Shown piece after piece: positions 1-8,439 of a stretch of DNA of 64,000 nucleotides. The DNA comes from a virus (taxonomy: Duplodnaviria; Caudoviricetes). The stretch covers positions 32,001-96,000 of the IMG/VR virus record IMGVR_UViG_3300035498_000877. One strand, given 5' to 3'. The translations under genes were made by a program, and so were the position numbers. Each line of letters begins with the position of its first letter. The first letter of the stretch is position 1. The notes below the pieces were generated by a model, which saw only the letters and a list, made by a program, of their open reading frames with translations, was not told the origin of the DNA and did no database searches.

Positions 1-1
1 T

Positions 2-130
2 GATAGAAACAGATGGACATATAATTACATAACGAAGATTGAATATGCAGGACAAGAAGAATGTAGATGTATTCAAGTAGAAGCTGCAGATCAATTATAT
101 TTAACTACTGATTGTGTAGTAACTCACAAT
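2..130 (+). mobile_element. Intein C-terminal splicing region, probably inserted in the helicase Walker A motif
   Basis: Translation ...ITKIEYAGQEECRCIQVEAADQLYLTTDCVVTHN|TFMA shows intein blocks F/G, terminal His-Asn and a +1 Thr (the T of GKT). Confidence 0.9.
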
Positions 131-1249
131 ACATTTATGGCATGCTATTCAGCTATCAAAGTAGGATTGAGAACATTAATTATCGTACCTACCAGTGGTA
201 TTAAACAACAATGGATAGATACTCTAACTGATATGTTTAATGTTGATCCATCTAGAGTTAAAGCAGTCAATAAACCATCTGATTTCATTAATGTTAAAGC
301 TGACTTTGTTGTAGTGTCACAAGCATCATTGTCAGTATTAAATAAACAATACAATCTTGAGAAGATAATGAAAGATAATAAGTTTGGAATTAAAGTAATT
401 GATGAAGTACAAATGTGGTTCCATAATATTATCAAGGTAGATGGTAATTCTAATATATGCCATAACTGGTATCTTACTGGAACATTTGGTAGATCAGGTC
501 AAGAAGAAAATGATTTATATCAAAAGATGTTTGGAGATCTACAGATATTCAGAGAGAAGAATAAGAAATCTACTATATTCAATCCAAGACCAGGAAATAT
601 ATATGGTATGAAACCATATATGCATGTAAAGATGATGTGGACTAAATCAGGATTATCTAAAGAAGAAATTCAATCAGTAATGGGTTCAATGAGATATTCT
701 GAACGTGCAGAGAAATGGGTTAGATATGGTATTAGTGTACCTGCATATACTAACTTAGTAATTCCACCTGACGGTACAATGACCAAACATCTTGGTCACA
801 TATTAAAGACAATTAAAATGGCTGATAAAGAAGTAACATATGGAAGAATGTTAGTACTTGATTCTACAATAGCAGCTACAGAAATAATTGCAGATAAATT
901 GAAGAAAATGTTTCCAAATAAAAAGATATATACATATCATTCTAAACATACCAAAGAAGAGAATGATATAGCTAAAGCAGAAGCTGATATATTAGTGTCA
1001 ACTGTTAAGTCAGCAGGTACTGGTTTTGATATGAAAGATCTATCTAAACTAGTAGTATCAGCTCCATTTTGCAGCTGGATTTTATCTGACCAGATAAGTG
1101 GTAGGTTACGAAGAAGACCTGATGACAAAGACGTATATATGTGGGATATTGTTGATGCTGAGATCAAACAACTACGTTCATGGGCTAATACTCGAGCTGA
1201 CTGCTATAAGAGAAAATGTAAAACATTCAAAGTTGTTGATATGGATTAA
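2..1249 (+). CDS. SF2 (DEAD/DEAH-like) helicase, 5'-truncated by window edge, intein-containing
   Basis: Frame is open from position 2, upstream of the track's ATG at 137. Motifs IIVPT (Ia), IDEVQ (II), LTGTFGR (III), GTGFD (V), QISGRLRR (VI). Confidence 0.9.
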   Translation, partial: DRNRWTYNYITKIEYAGQEECRCIQVEAADQLYLTTDCVVTHNTFMACYSAIKVGLRTLIIVPTSGIKQQWIDTLTDMFNVDPSRVKAVNKPSDFINVKADFVVVSQASLSVLNKQYNLEKIMKDNKFGIKVIDEVQMWFHNIIKVDGNSNICHNWYLTGTFGRSGQEENDLYQKMFGDLQIFREKNKKSTIFNPRPGNIYGMKPYMHVKMMWTKSGLSKEEIQSVMGSMRYSERAEKWVRYGISVPAYTNLVIPPDGTMTKHLGHILKTIKMADKEVTYGRMLVLDSTIAATEIIADKLKKMFPNKKIYTYHSKHTKEENDIAKAEADILVSTVKSAGTGFDMKDLSKLVVSAPFCSWILSDQISGRLRRRPDDKDVYMWDIVDAEIKQLRSWANTRADCYKRKCKTFKVVDMD

Positions 1250-1253
1250 TATA

Positions 1254-1274
1254 AGGGAGGTATTTTACCTCCCT
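1254..1274. terminator. Hairpin, probable terminator
   Basis: AGGGAGGTA-TTT-TACCTCCCT directly after the helicase stop; no clear U tract on the + strand. Confidence 0.55.
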
Positions 1275-1336
1275 AAAAATATTAATTGTTATAACTAATC
1301 TCAATAATAATTTTAAAAGGGAAGGATACTATAAAT

Positions 1337-1609
1337 ATGAATTATTCACAAATATCAAAAGAGAAATTAAATAGTTTAATTGAATCATCGGAATCTTATA
1401 TTATCACTGTATTGGATGATAGTATTAAATCAAATTTTATTAAAGGTGGATTTGATAATATTAAAGATAATATTAATATTCCTTTATATTATGCATATGA
1501 TTCTTTCTATAAAGGCAGTATTATAATTGGATTATCAGGTTCTAGGATGATATTAAATAATTTTAATTTAAATGATATTTTTGAAATAATTAAAGAGTAC
1601 TGTAATTGA
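1337..1609 (+). CDS. Hypothetical protein (possible degenerate thioredoxin-like fold)
   Basis: ORF with upstream GGGAAGGA RBS; N-terminus resembles thioredoxin-like proteins but has no CxxC. Confidence 0.55.
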   Translation: MNYSQISKEKLNSLIESSESYIITVLDDSIKSNFIKGGFDNIKDNINIPLYYAYDSFYKGSIIIGLSGSRMILNNFNLNDIFEIIKEYCN

Positions 1610-1638
1610 TAAATTTAAGAAAGGAAGAGTGTATTTTT

Positions 1639-2160
1639 ATGGTTAAATTTATTAAATCGAGTAAAGTATGGGATGTTATGAGTGAAGCATTGGTAACTAC
1701 TAAGGATCCAATGATATTATTTGTTTTAACATCAGCTGATGATTATGAATGTACTGAGTTAGTAAAAAATATGAGAATAAAATATGAAACTAAAAATATC
1801 AATATTTGTTATACATATTTATCAACTATCCCATCAAATGTATTTTATAAATATTTAATGGGACCAAATTATCCAGCAACATTTCTTATTAATTTTAAAG
1901 ATAGTGATAATTGCTCAGAAGATAATTTAAAGAGTGGATATCTTAATTCTGAATATATACATACTTACTTGTATTATGCAATTGATCAAATGGTTTCAAA
2001 TAAATCACTTGGATCAATATATAAAACTAATCATAAATCATTTTTCCGAAAAGAAACAATTAGTAAAATAAAATTCTTAGATCATGTAGATCTGTATAAT
2101 ATGTGGGCATTTGCAAAAATAAATATAGGAAGGAAAAAAGAAAATGGAAACAGAGAATAA
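1639..2160 (+). CDS. Hypothetical protein (possible thioredoxin-like fold)
   Basis: AAGGAAGAG precedes ATG at 1639; YPATF resembles a cis-Pro loop. Confidence 0.6.
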   Translation: MVKFIKSSKVWDVMSEALVTTKDPMILFVLTSADDYECTELVKNMRIKYETKNINICYTYLSTIPSNVFYKYLMGPNYPATFLINFKDSDNCSEDNLKSGYLNSEYIHTYLYYAIDQMVSNKSLGSIYKTNHKSFFRKETISKIKFLDHVDLYNMWAFAKINIGRKKENGNRE

Positions 2161-2434
2161 ATTACCAGTTGGAATATGTAAACAAGCTGTAATGAAATTA
2201 GAATCAGCAATGGCTGACATTAATGAGATTGCAGAAGATGAAGATATTGATGAAAATCAGAAACAATTATTCTCATCTTTGGCTGAGAGTACTGGCACAA
2301 TGATTGCATGTATTGTTAATGAAGTATCTGCTGAGATGGGCGAAGAAGAATTTGTTAATGAACAAATAGACATGGATGAAATACAACCATGGCCAGAAAA
2401 TGATACTGGAGATATATTAGAAGAAGAATTATAA
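2144..2434 (+). CDS. Acidic hypothetical protein
   Basis: RBS AGGAAGG; ends before a bidirectional terminator. Confidence 0.75.
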   Translation: METENKLPVGICKQAVMKLESAMADINEIAEDEDIDENQKQLFSSLAESTGTMIACIVNEVSAEMGEEEFVNEQIDMDEIQPWPENDTGDILEEEL

Positions 2435-2440
2435 ACAAAA

Positions 2441-2468
2441 AGAAAGGAAGGTCCATGCCTTCCTTTCT
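2441..2468. terminator. Bidirectional intrinsic terminator
   Basis: AGAAAGGAAGG-TCCATG-CCTTCCTTTCT between convergent genes. Confidence 0.8.
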
Positions 2469-2470
2469 CA

Positions 2471-2806
2471 TTATATCTTACCCTTAGCGGGTATAGTAAT
2501 ATCATCACCTCCTGTGAACTCTCTCAGCTCTTCTATAAGTACTAATTTTATGTTGAACTTGAAGAACTTGAAAGTATCTTCTTCAGGCATGTTGCCCATT
2601 ACAAAGAATCCTATCAATCTAGACTTCCGGTCAAAAGCCCACTCAAACCACGGTGTCTCCCAAGAATCCTCTATGATGTCATCATCGATAATGTCAATAT
2701 TTACATGGTCGAATGCATGCTCAATTCTTTCAGGACTAATACATCTTTTAATCATACACTTTATCATTCGTGTAACTTCAATTGTTGTCATTTCTACTGT
2801 TCTCAT
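2471..2806 (-). CDS. Hypothetical early protein
   Basis: AAGGAGGAG RBS before MRTVE; conserved promoter motif upstream. Confidence 0.75.
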   Translation of the reverse strand: MRTVEMTTIEVTRMIKCMIKRCISPERIEHAFDHVNIDIIDDDIIEDSWETPWFEWAFDRKSRLIGFFVMGNMPEEDTFKFFKFNIKLVLIEELREFTGGDDITIPAKGKI

Positions 2807-2857
2807 AAACACTCCTCCTTTATATGTTTTATAATAAAAATTATGAGTTACATTTCT

Positions 2858-2903
2858 TTTATTACATTATTAAAATATATTATTAATACTGAGGAATATG
2901 CGA
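2858..2903 (-). promoter_or_regulatory. Bipartite phage promoter, copy 1
   Basis: Minus strand TCGCAT-N17-ATATATTTTAATAATGTAATAAA; same spacing in five copies. Confidence 0.7.
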
Positions 2904-2945
2904 TTAAATAAAAGAAAAGAGAGGATTTTACTCCTCTCTATTCTT

Positions 2946-3881
2946 TTATGCTTCCAGTGATTGCCTACAAGCTTCGATTACATCTTCTTCTGTCTCTGCT
3001 ACCATATAGAATCCTGATGCATGAACGAATTCCAGATTTAATCCAGAAATTTGTTGCAACTCGCTATTTCTTAATCCTCTCCATGATTCTTTGAAAGGAG
3101 TTTTGAGCCCAAAGCTCATGGGTTCTATTGGCACTGCCTGGCAACACCATTTACCATCTCGTTGCCAATATACAAACTTAGCATCCGATGGTATTAATAC
3201 TTCCTGCCATGGGCAGAACTGATCTAATTTAACAATCGTTCCATCTGAATTTTCCAAGTATTTCTTGACCAAATCATTGGCTTCTGATTTTGACCACATT
3301 TCCTTCACTTCATTATAGATGATATCTACTGCAATGTCCATAGCCCTGTTCATTCTACCTTTTATGTGTACAGGATTTTCATTCCAGCAATAATTGAAAC
3401 CAGATACTAATGTTGAAAACTGACACTGAGTACCTTCAACACCATTATCAGCAGCATCAATTGGATCAAAGATTGTTTTTGCTACATATGAAACGTATTT
3501 TTCATCGACAATCTCATCACCAATGATGGCCCATATCAGACCACAGCTTGCATATGGTATAGTTCCATCTTCGTGATATGCTTTCTGCTCATTAGGAAAA
3601 TGATGATCAAGGAAAGATAGATCAACATCAATATGCAGTACCTGAGGTTCTGTCTCTAGATTTCTAGCTCTTGTAAAAGTAATAGGACTAATGTTTTCTA
3701 GTCCGCTATTATTGAGGATCTTTCTATAGACCTCTAATAAGGCCAATGCAAAAACTTCATCAGCATGGAACACTGGTCCATCGTGTACAACAACTTTACC
3801 AAATTTCATACCTTCAATAATTTTCTGTTTTGCAGATTCTTTTGTTAAACCAAAACCTTCTAAAAACTTTTCTAATGTCAT
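2946..3881 (-). CDS. MYG1/UPF0160-family DHH exonuclease
   Basis: HDGPVFHADEVFALALL, LDHH, YASCGLIW, IDAADNG and EFVHASGF motifs typical of MYG1. Confidence 0.9.
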   Translation of the reverse strand: MTLEKFLEGFGLTKESAKQKIIEGMKFGKVVVHDGPVFHADEVFALALLEVYRKILNNSGLENISPITFTRARNLETEPQVLHIDVDLSFLDHHFPNEQKAYHEDGTIPYASCGLIWAIIGDEIVDEKYVSYVAKTIFDPIDAADNGVEGTQCQFSTLVSGFNYCWNENPVHIKGRMNRAMDIAVDIIYNEVKEMWSKSEANDLVKKYLENSDGTIVKLDQFCPWQEVLIPSDAKFVYWQRDGKWCCQAVPIEPMSFGLKTPFKESWRGLRNSELQQISGLNLEFVHASGFYMVAETEEDVIEACRQSLEA

Positions 3882-3952
3882 AACTATTTCCTCCTAATAT
3901 TATAAAATTTTTATAGATCCTATATTCAGTTGTATGTAATAATGAACTTACC

Positions 3953-3998
3953 TTTATTACATTATTAGAATATATTATCATTGTTATTAAATATGCGA
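3953..3998 (-). promoter_or_regulatory. Bipartite phage promoter, copy 2
   Basis: TCGCAT-N17-ATATATTCTAATAATGTAATAAA. Confidence 0.7.
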
Positions 3999-4036
3999 TA
4001 ATAAGAGAGGAATAATTTATTCCTCTCTTATATTAT

Positions 4037-4450
4037 TTACTTATTTTTATTATCAGAATCTGGTATGATTTTTGTTTTTAACTCATTAATTTCATGCAGT
4101 TGTTTATTATAAAACTCATTAACAACCTTAATAGATTCATCAAATAATTGTGATGATGTATCACCATATCCACTTATATCTGATATTGCAGGTATACATA
4201 ACCTATTAGTTCTCTGAGTGATATATTCATTAACTGCATTAATATCATTATTATACTGAATATTATCAATAGTATCATCAACTATATCAGCAACATTATC
4301 AATATTATCAGCAATTTTTATTAATTCAGCTGCATAGTTTTTTAATTCAACTGATATATTATGCAAATCATTCGCAATTATGGATACATTCAATCTAGCC
4401 TCTGTTCTACTATATAGTGATTTTAATTTTTCCAATCTTTCTGTATTCAT
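4037..4450 (-). CDS. Helical hypothetical protein, paralog of 7433-7867
   Basis: Aligns along its length with 7433-7867 (ANDLHNISVELKNY / ASDMHDIAVDLANY; RTNRLCIPAI..GYG / RTKRLEIPAI..GYG). Confidence 0.8.
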   Translation of the reverse strand: MNTERLEKLKSLYSRTEARLNVSIIANDLHNISVELKNYAAELIKIADNIDNVADIVDDTIDNIQYNNDINAVNEYITQRTNRLCIPAISDISGYGDTSSQLFDESIKVVNEFYNKQLHEINELKTKIIPDSDNKNK

Positions 4451-4464
4451 TATATTATCTCCTT

Positions 4465-5334
4465 TTATGAATTTATTATATCCAATATCTTAAATATATT
4501 ATTGGAAGTTGAATCTGTATTTTTGAAATTATATGCCCAATCTGTATATCTTTCATTTGTGAACATTCCCAAATATCTTCTGAATGTCATTAATGTTATA
4601 AAGTTGCATGCTCTATTGAAACATTCATTATGATGTTTCAAGAATTCATTAGTGACTTTACTATTATCATGATATGGTATCAATATATCATTTTGATATT
4701 TGATAAATGGATCATCAACTGATAATGTATATTGTTTATAATCCCCATATAAGTCAGTAATAATTGCTTCATGGTTAATTATATTTAATTTGAGTATGCT
4801 ATATTGAGTTGCATCTGGATTGAATGGATCATATTCTCTGAACATATATTCCATATCATCTGGTCTACTATTCCTATATATTCTCAATTGAGTTTTATCA
4901 TTAGCTTGTACATATGGTACTTGTAGATATTCCATATCATTGATGACAATAAATGGATCAATAAACTTATCAAAAGAATCAATGATTACATATTCTTTTA
5001 CTCTGATTGCCATTTCCAGAAATTTGATAAACATTGAATCAATTGCTTTTGAATTTTCATCTAATTGTATATCATCATTAATAGAATGAGTTTCAAGACT
5101 ATATTTATTAAATGATACCATCTTCCTGATTATACAATTATCATTAATAAAATTATATTCTCTTACCATTAATGAAAACTTCTTATTTACTACTGATATT
5201 TTATACAGAGTATCCGATTCAGCTTTAATATAGAAAGAATAACCATTAACCTCTCCAATGTATGTGGATGGTTCTAATAGATTTATAATGCTTCCATTTA
5301 CTGCCAAATCAATTAAATCTTTATAAGTTGTCAT
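4465..5334 (-). CDS. Hypothetical protein
   Basis: 289-aa ORF with AAGGAGG RBS. Confidence 0.8.
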   Translation of the reverse strand: MTTYKDLIDLAVNGSIINLLEPSTYIGEVNGYSFYIKAESDTLYKISVVNKKFSLMVREYNFINDNCIIRKMVSFNKYSLETHSINDDIQLDENSKAIDSMFIKFLEMAIRVKEYVIIDSFDKFIDPFIVINDMEYLQVPYVQANDKTQLRIYRNSRPDDMEYMFREYDPFNPDATQYSILKLNIINHEAIITDLYGDYKQYTLSVDDPFIKYQNDILIPYHDNSKVTNEFLKHHNECFNRACNFITLMTFRRYLGMFTNERYTDWAYNFKNTDSTSNNIFKILDIINS

Positions 5335-5422
5335 TTTTATTTCCTCCTTGTGTTTGTTATAATTGTTATATTAAAAGAATATATAATTAAAAGAATAGAG
5401 GATTAATATCCTCTATTCTTTT

Positions 5423-5827
5423 TTATTCTCCTTCATAATTTGGATCTTCTTCATTAGGATCTCGATGCTTAAATAAATCTAAATGTTTATTCCAATATGC
5501 TTCTTTTAGGTTTATCGTACTTTGTAATATTTCACATCTTCTTTTATTCCATTCCATAGCATGTTTCATCCATTCATCAACATCTTTTCTATATGATAAT
5601 TTTCTACATATTTCATCCATTTCGTCATGTAATTTTTGAGCATTTTCAATTACTTCATTTCTTTGTTTTTTACCTTCTTCTTCACTAATTCTACCTTTAT
5701 AGACATCTTGTTCAATATCCATTATCTTCATAATGTCAATATAATCTGATATTGGACTATACATAAAACTCTGAATAAATTCTTTGTATACCTTAATTTC
5801 AACATATGTACTATATCTACCAGCCAT
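5423..5827 (-). CDS. Hypothetical protein
   Basis: ORF with GGGGG RBS and downstream terminator. Confidence 0.8.
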   Translation of the reverse strand: MAGRYSTYVEIKVYKEFIQSFMYSPISDYIDIMKIMDIEQDVYKGRISEEEGKKQRNEVIENAQKLHDEMDEICRKLSYRKDVDEWMKHAMEWNKRRCEILQSTINLKEAYWNKHLDLFKHRDPNEEDPNYEGE

Positions 5828-5882
5828 AATTAATACCCCCTTAAAGTATTTATATTAATTATCGGTGAAAAAAAGAGAGAGG

Positions 5883-6674
5883 TTAATCCTCTCCCTTAAG
5901 TTCTTCTAATGCATCATCATCCCAAGCATTGGTGATAGATGCAATAGCAATTGAATTTACGTCATCATACGGATTTTCCCCAATTTCAAAGAAATCTCCA
6001 AGACTGTTAATGATTCCAATAGCATTATCAGCATTAAGCTTAGCTTTGTTCAGTGTATTAAAGTCACTGACAGATTTATCAATCAACTCTTCATCTGGCA
6101 TCAAGTTAATTGTATTCTCTAATGTTTTTGCCACTGATAATAATATTGAATGGATCGCCTGTAACTGAATCTTAGAATAATTCTTTGTTGTCATTGATTT
6201 TGGAGTATCTGACTTTGCCTCTGATTTCTTAACTTCCTCATTGGCAAGCTTTCCTGCCACCCATGGTGATAAGAAGTCTCTGACCATCTCAAGAACTGAA
6301 GGATGATTTCCACCATGCCATGTAGCTTCTGGGCCATCAATAAAACTATTTGTGATCGGGACATTAATCAATTCACCATTCTTGATATTGCCAAGTGAAT
6401 CGGCAAATCGAATGAATACAGCATCGAATTCCTGCTCAAAGAAAAACTTAACCAACTGCTGATAATTGCCAATCATGTTCTTTGTAAGAATATACAAACT
6501 ACATGTACTATTGGTTTTATCAGTATTAGCACATGCGATATAGTCATAATTGTCATGGAATAATGTAGTTTGTTTTGATGACAGGTATTCAAAATCCTTG
6601 GCAATGACATCATCTGATGCATTTGAAAGTTCTAATGTGTAGTAGAAAAGATCAATCATTCTTAAATTACTCAT
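5883..6674 (-). CDS. Hypothetical protein, DLxxYTxEL paralog family
   Basis: N-terminal LRMIDLFYYTLEL shared with neighbouring genes; AAGGAGG RBS. Confidence 0.8.
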   Translation of the reverse strand: MSNLRMIDLFYYTLELSNASDDVIAKDFEYLSSKQTTLFHDNYDYIACANTDKTNSTCSLYILTKNMIGNYQQLVKFFFEQEFDAVFIRFADSLGNIKNGELINVPITNSFIDGPEATWHGGNHPSVLEMVRDFLSPWVAGKLANEEVKKSEAKSDTPKSMTTKNYSKIQLQAIHSILLSVAKTLENTINLMPDEELIDKSVSDFNTLNKAKLNADNAIGIINSLGDFFEIGENPYDDVNSIAIASITNAWDDDALEELKGED

Positions 6675-6739
6675 ATTATTATCCTCCTTAGATAATTTAA
6701 AATTTTTTCAGTATTCAGTTGTATGTAATAAACTTATTA

Positions 6740-6785
6740 TTTATTACATCATTAGAATATATCGTTAATTATTTAAAATATTCGA
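6740..6785 (-). promoter_or_regulatory. Bipartite phage promoter, copy 3
   Basis: TCGAAT-N17-ATATATTCTAATGATGTAATAAA. Confidence 0.7.
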
Positions 6786-6804
6786 TAAAAAGAAAAGAGG
6801 GTTG

Positions 6805-7338
6805 TTAACCCTCTTGACTTCTTTCATCATAATATGGTGATATCTCTGTAATAGCCTGAGGTAATTTTCTAGATTTCTTCGCTGCAATCTTATTCATTTT
6901 CCATTTACATAATACTGCAGCAATGGCTTTGCGTGTCATGAATCCAGATGCAACATCATCAGCATCCCATTCCTCTTGTGAGTTTGTAAATAAATAGTCA
7001 ATTGAGAAATTTTCAATTACCATTACACCATAATCATTAGCACCAATATCGTTCATAAAATGAATATCTAACGTGCCATCTGATGGAACAAATACAAATT
7101 TTGTAATCTCCTGATATTCATCTATTATATTTTTCATATATAAATGAAGAATATAGCAAGGTTTTTTAGCAGCATCATAGTATGCAGATATCGCAGATGC
7201 TGCATATTCATCAGAATCATCAAACAATTTGATTTGTTCACCTGGTTTATTATTAACTAACTCTTTTGTATATAGATATAAATCAGCAAATGTTAAATCA
7301 AATAAAGTATCTGATAATTCATTTTTAACAACTTTCAT
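6805..7338 (-). CDS. Hypothetical protein, DLxxYTxEL paralog family
   Basis: LTFADLYLYTKEL motif; AAGGAGG RBS. Confidence 0.8.
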   Translation of the reverse strand: MKVVKNELSDTLFDLTFADLYLYTKELVNNKPGEQIKLFDDSDEYAASAISAYYDAAKKPCYILHLYMKNIIDEYQEITKFVFVPSDGTLDIHFMNDIGANDYGVMVIENFSIDYLFTNSQEEWDADDVASGFMTRKAIAAVLCKWKMNKIAAKKSRKLPQAITEISPYYDERSQEG

Positions 7339-7370
7339 ATTTTTACCTCCTTAGGTTTAAATATTATTTA

Positions 7371-7416
7371 TTAACTACATATATAGAATATATAATCTGA
7401 GGGAAAATAAATACGA
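7371..7416 (-). promoter_or_regulatory. Bipartite phage promoter, copy 4
   Basis: TCGTAT-N17-ATATATTCTATATATGTAGTTAA. Confidence 0.65.
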
Positions 7417-7432
7417 TAAAAAAGAAGAGGGT

Positions 7433-7867
7433 TTAATAGCCCTCTTCTACTGCCTTTTCTTCTATAGTATTATCTACTTTTATGTGTTCTTGTAACCATT
7501 TACAATCAGTTACTTGATCATTATAGAATATATTTATATTTTCAAGTGCATTATCATATTCACCAGTTGTTTTATTTCCATATCCATCCATATTATTTAT
7601 AGCTGGAATTTCCAATCTCTTTGTACGTTTTGAGATATATTCCTTTGCGATAATAACATTTTCTGGTGATTGAATTTTTCCAACCATTTCATCAATATCA
7701 TTTGCAACATCATCAAACTTTGTTGCTAATTCTGCTAAAGCAGATGAATAGTTTGCTAAATCTACAGCAATATCATGCATATCACTGGCAACTACTGCAA
7801 CATCCAATTTTGTATTTAACATTTCTGACATACATTGCAATCTCGTAATTCTTCCTTGATCAATCAT
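7433..7867 (-). CDS. Helical hypothetical protein, paralog of 4037-4450
   Basis: Direct similarity to 4037-4450. Confidence 0.8.
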   Translation of the reverse strand: MIDQGRITRLQCMSEMLNTKLDVAVVASDMHDIAVDLANYSSALAELATKFDDVANDIDEMVGKIQSPENVIIAKEYISKRTKRLEIPAINNMDGYGNKTTGEYDNALENINIFYNDQVTDCKWLQEHIKVDNTIEEKAVEEGY

Positions 7868-7880
7868 TTTATTATCCCCC

Positions 7881-8408
7881 CTAATATAGAATAGTTGCTC
7901 TAGGAACTATATCAATATCAAAACCACCTGCTTCTTGCCATGACTTTAACATTTCCTCAATGACAGATCTAAGTTTCTTATTGTATGGCTCTCTAAGGAA
8001 AGTATCCCATTTAGCTCTTGCCCCATTTATTTCACCATAAATATTTTTAAGTCTCTTACTATACTCTCTACTATATGCATATTCTGTCGACATTGGATAA
8101 ATACCTTCTTTGGTTGGTATACAAAGAGTTCCATATATAGATCCTGATTCTGTATCACATAAGAATACTATTACACAGATTTCTTTAAATGAATCATTAA
8201 CTCTATCATTTACATAGATTGCAAGTATGTAAGTTGCTTCATGATCATTTTTATAATCTACAGTAGCCCATGTCCCAAATTCATCATTTCCATTTAGAAA
8301 TGGTATTGGATTATTTTTAGTATGATCTTGAATAGAACCAGATGTTTCATAAGATAACATATTCTTTGTGTAATCAAGTAAGTCCTTCCAAGTTAGATTT
8401 TTAGTCAT
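7881..8408 (-). CDS. Hypothetical protein, DLxxYTxEL paralog family
   Basis: Start moved to MTKNLTWKDLLDYTKNM, which follows an AAGGAGG RBS and removes the overlap with the upstream gene. Confidence 0.8.
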   Translation of the reverse strand: MTKNLTWKDLLDYTKNMLSYETSGSIQDHTKNNPIPFLNGNDEFGTWATVDYKNDHEATYILAIYVNDRVNDSFKEICVIVFLCDTESGSIYGTLCIPTKEGIYPMSTEYAYSREYSKRLKNIYGEINGARAKWDTFLREPYNKKLRSVIEEMLKSWQEAGGFDIDIVPRATILY

Positions 8409-8439
8409 ATTTATTTCCTCCTTAATATGTAATATATTT

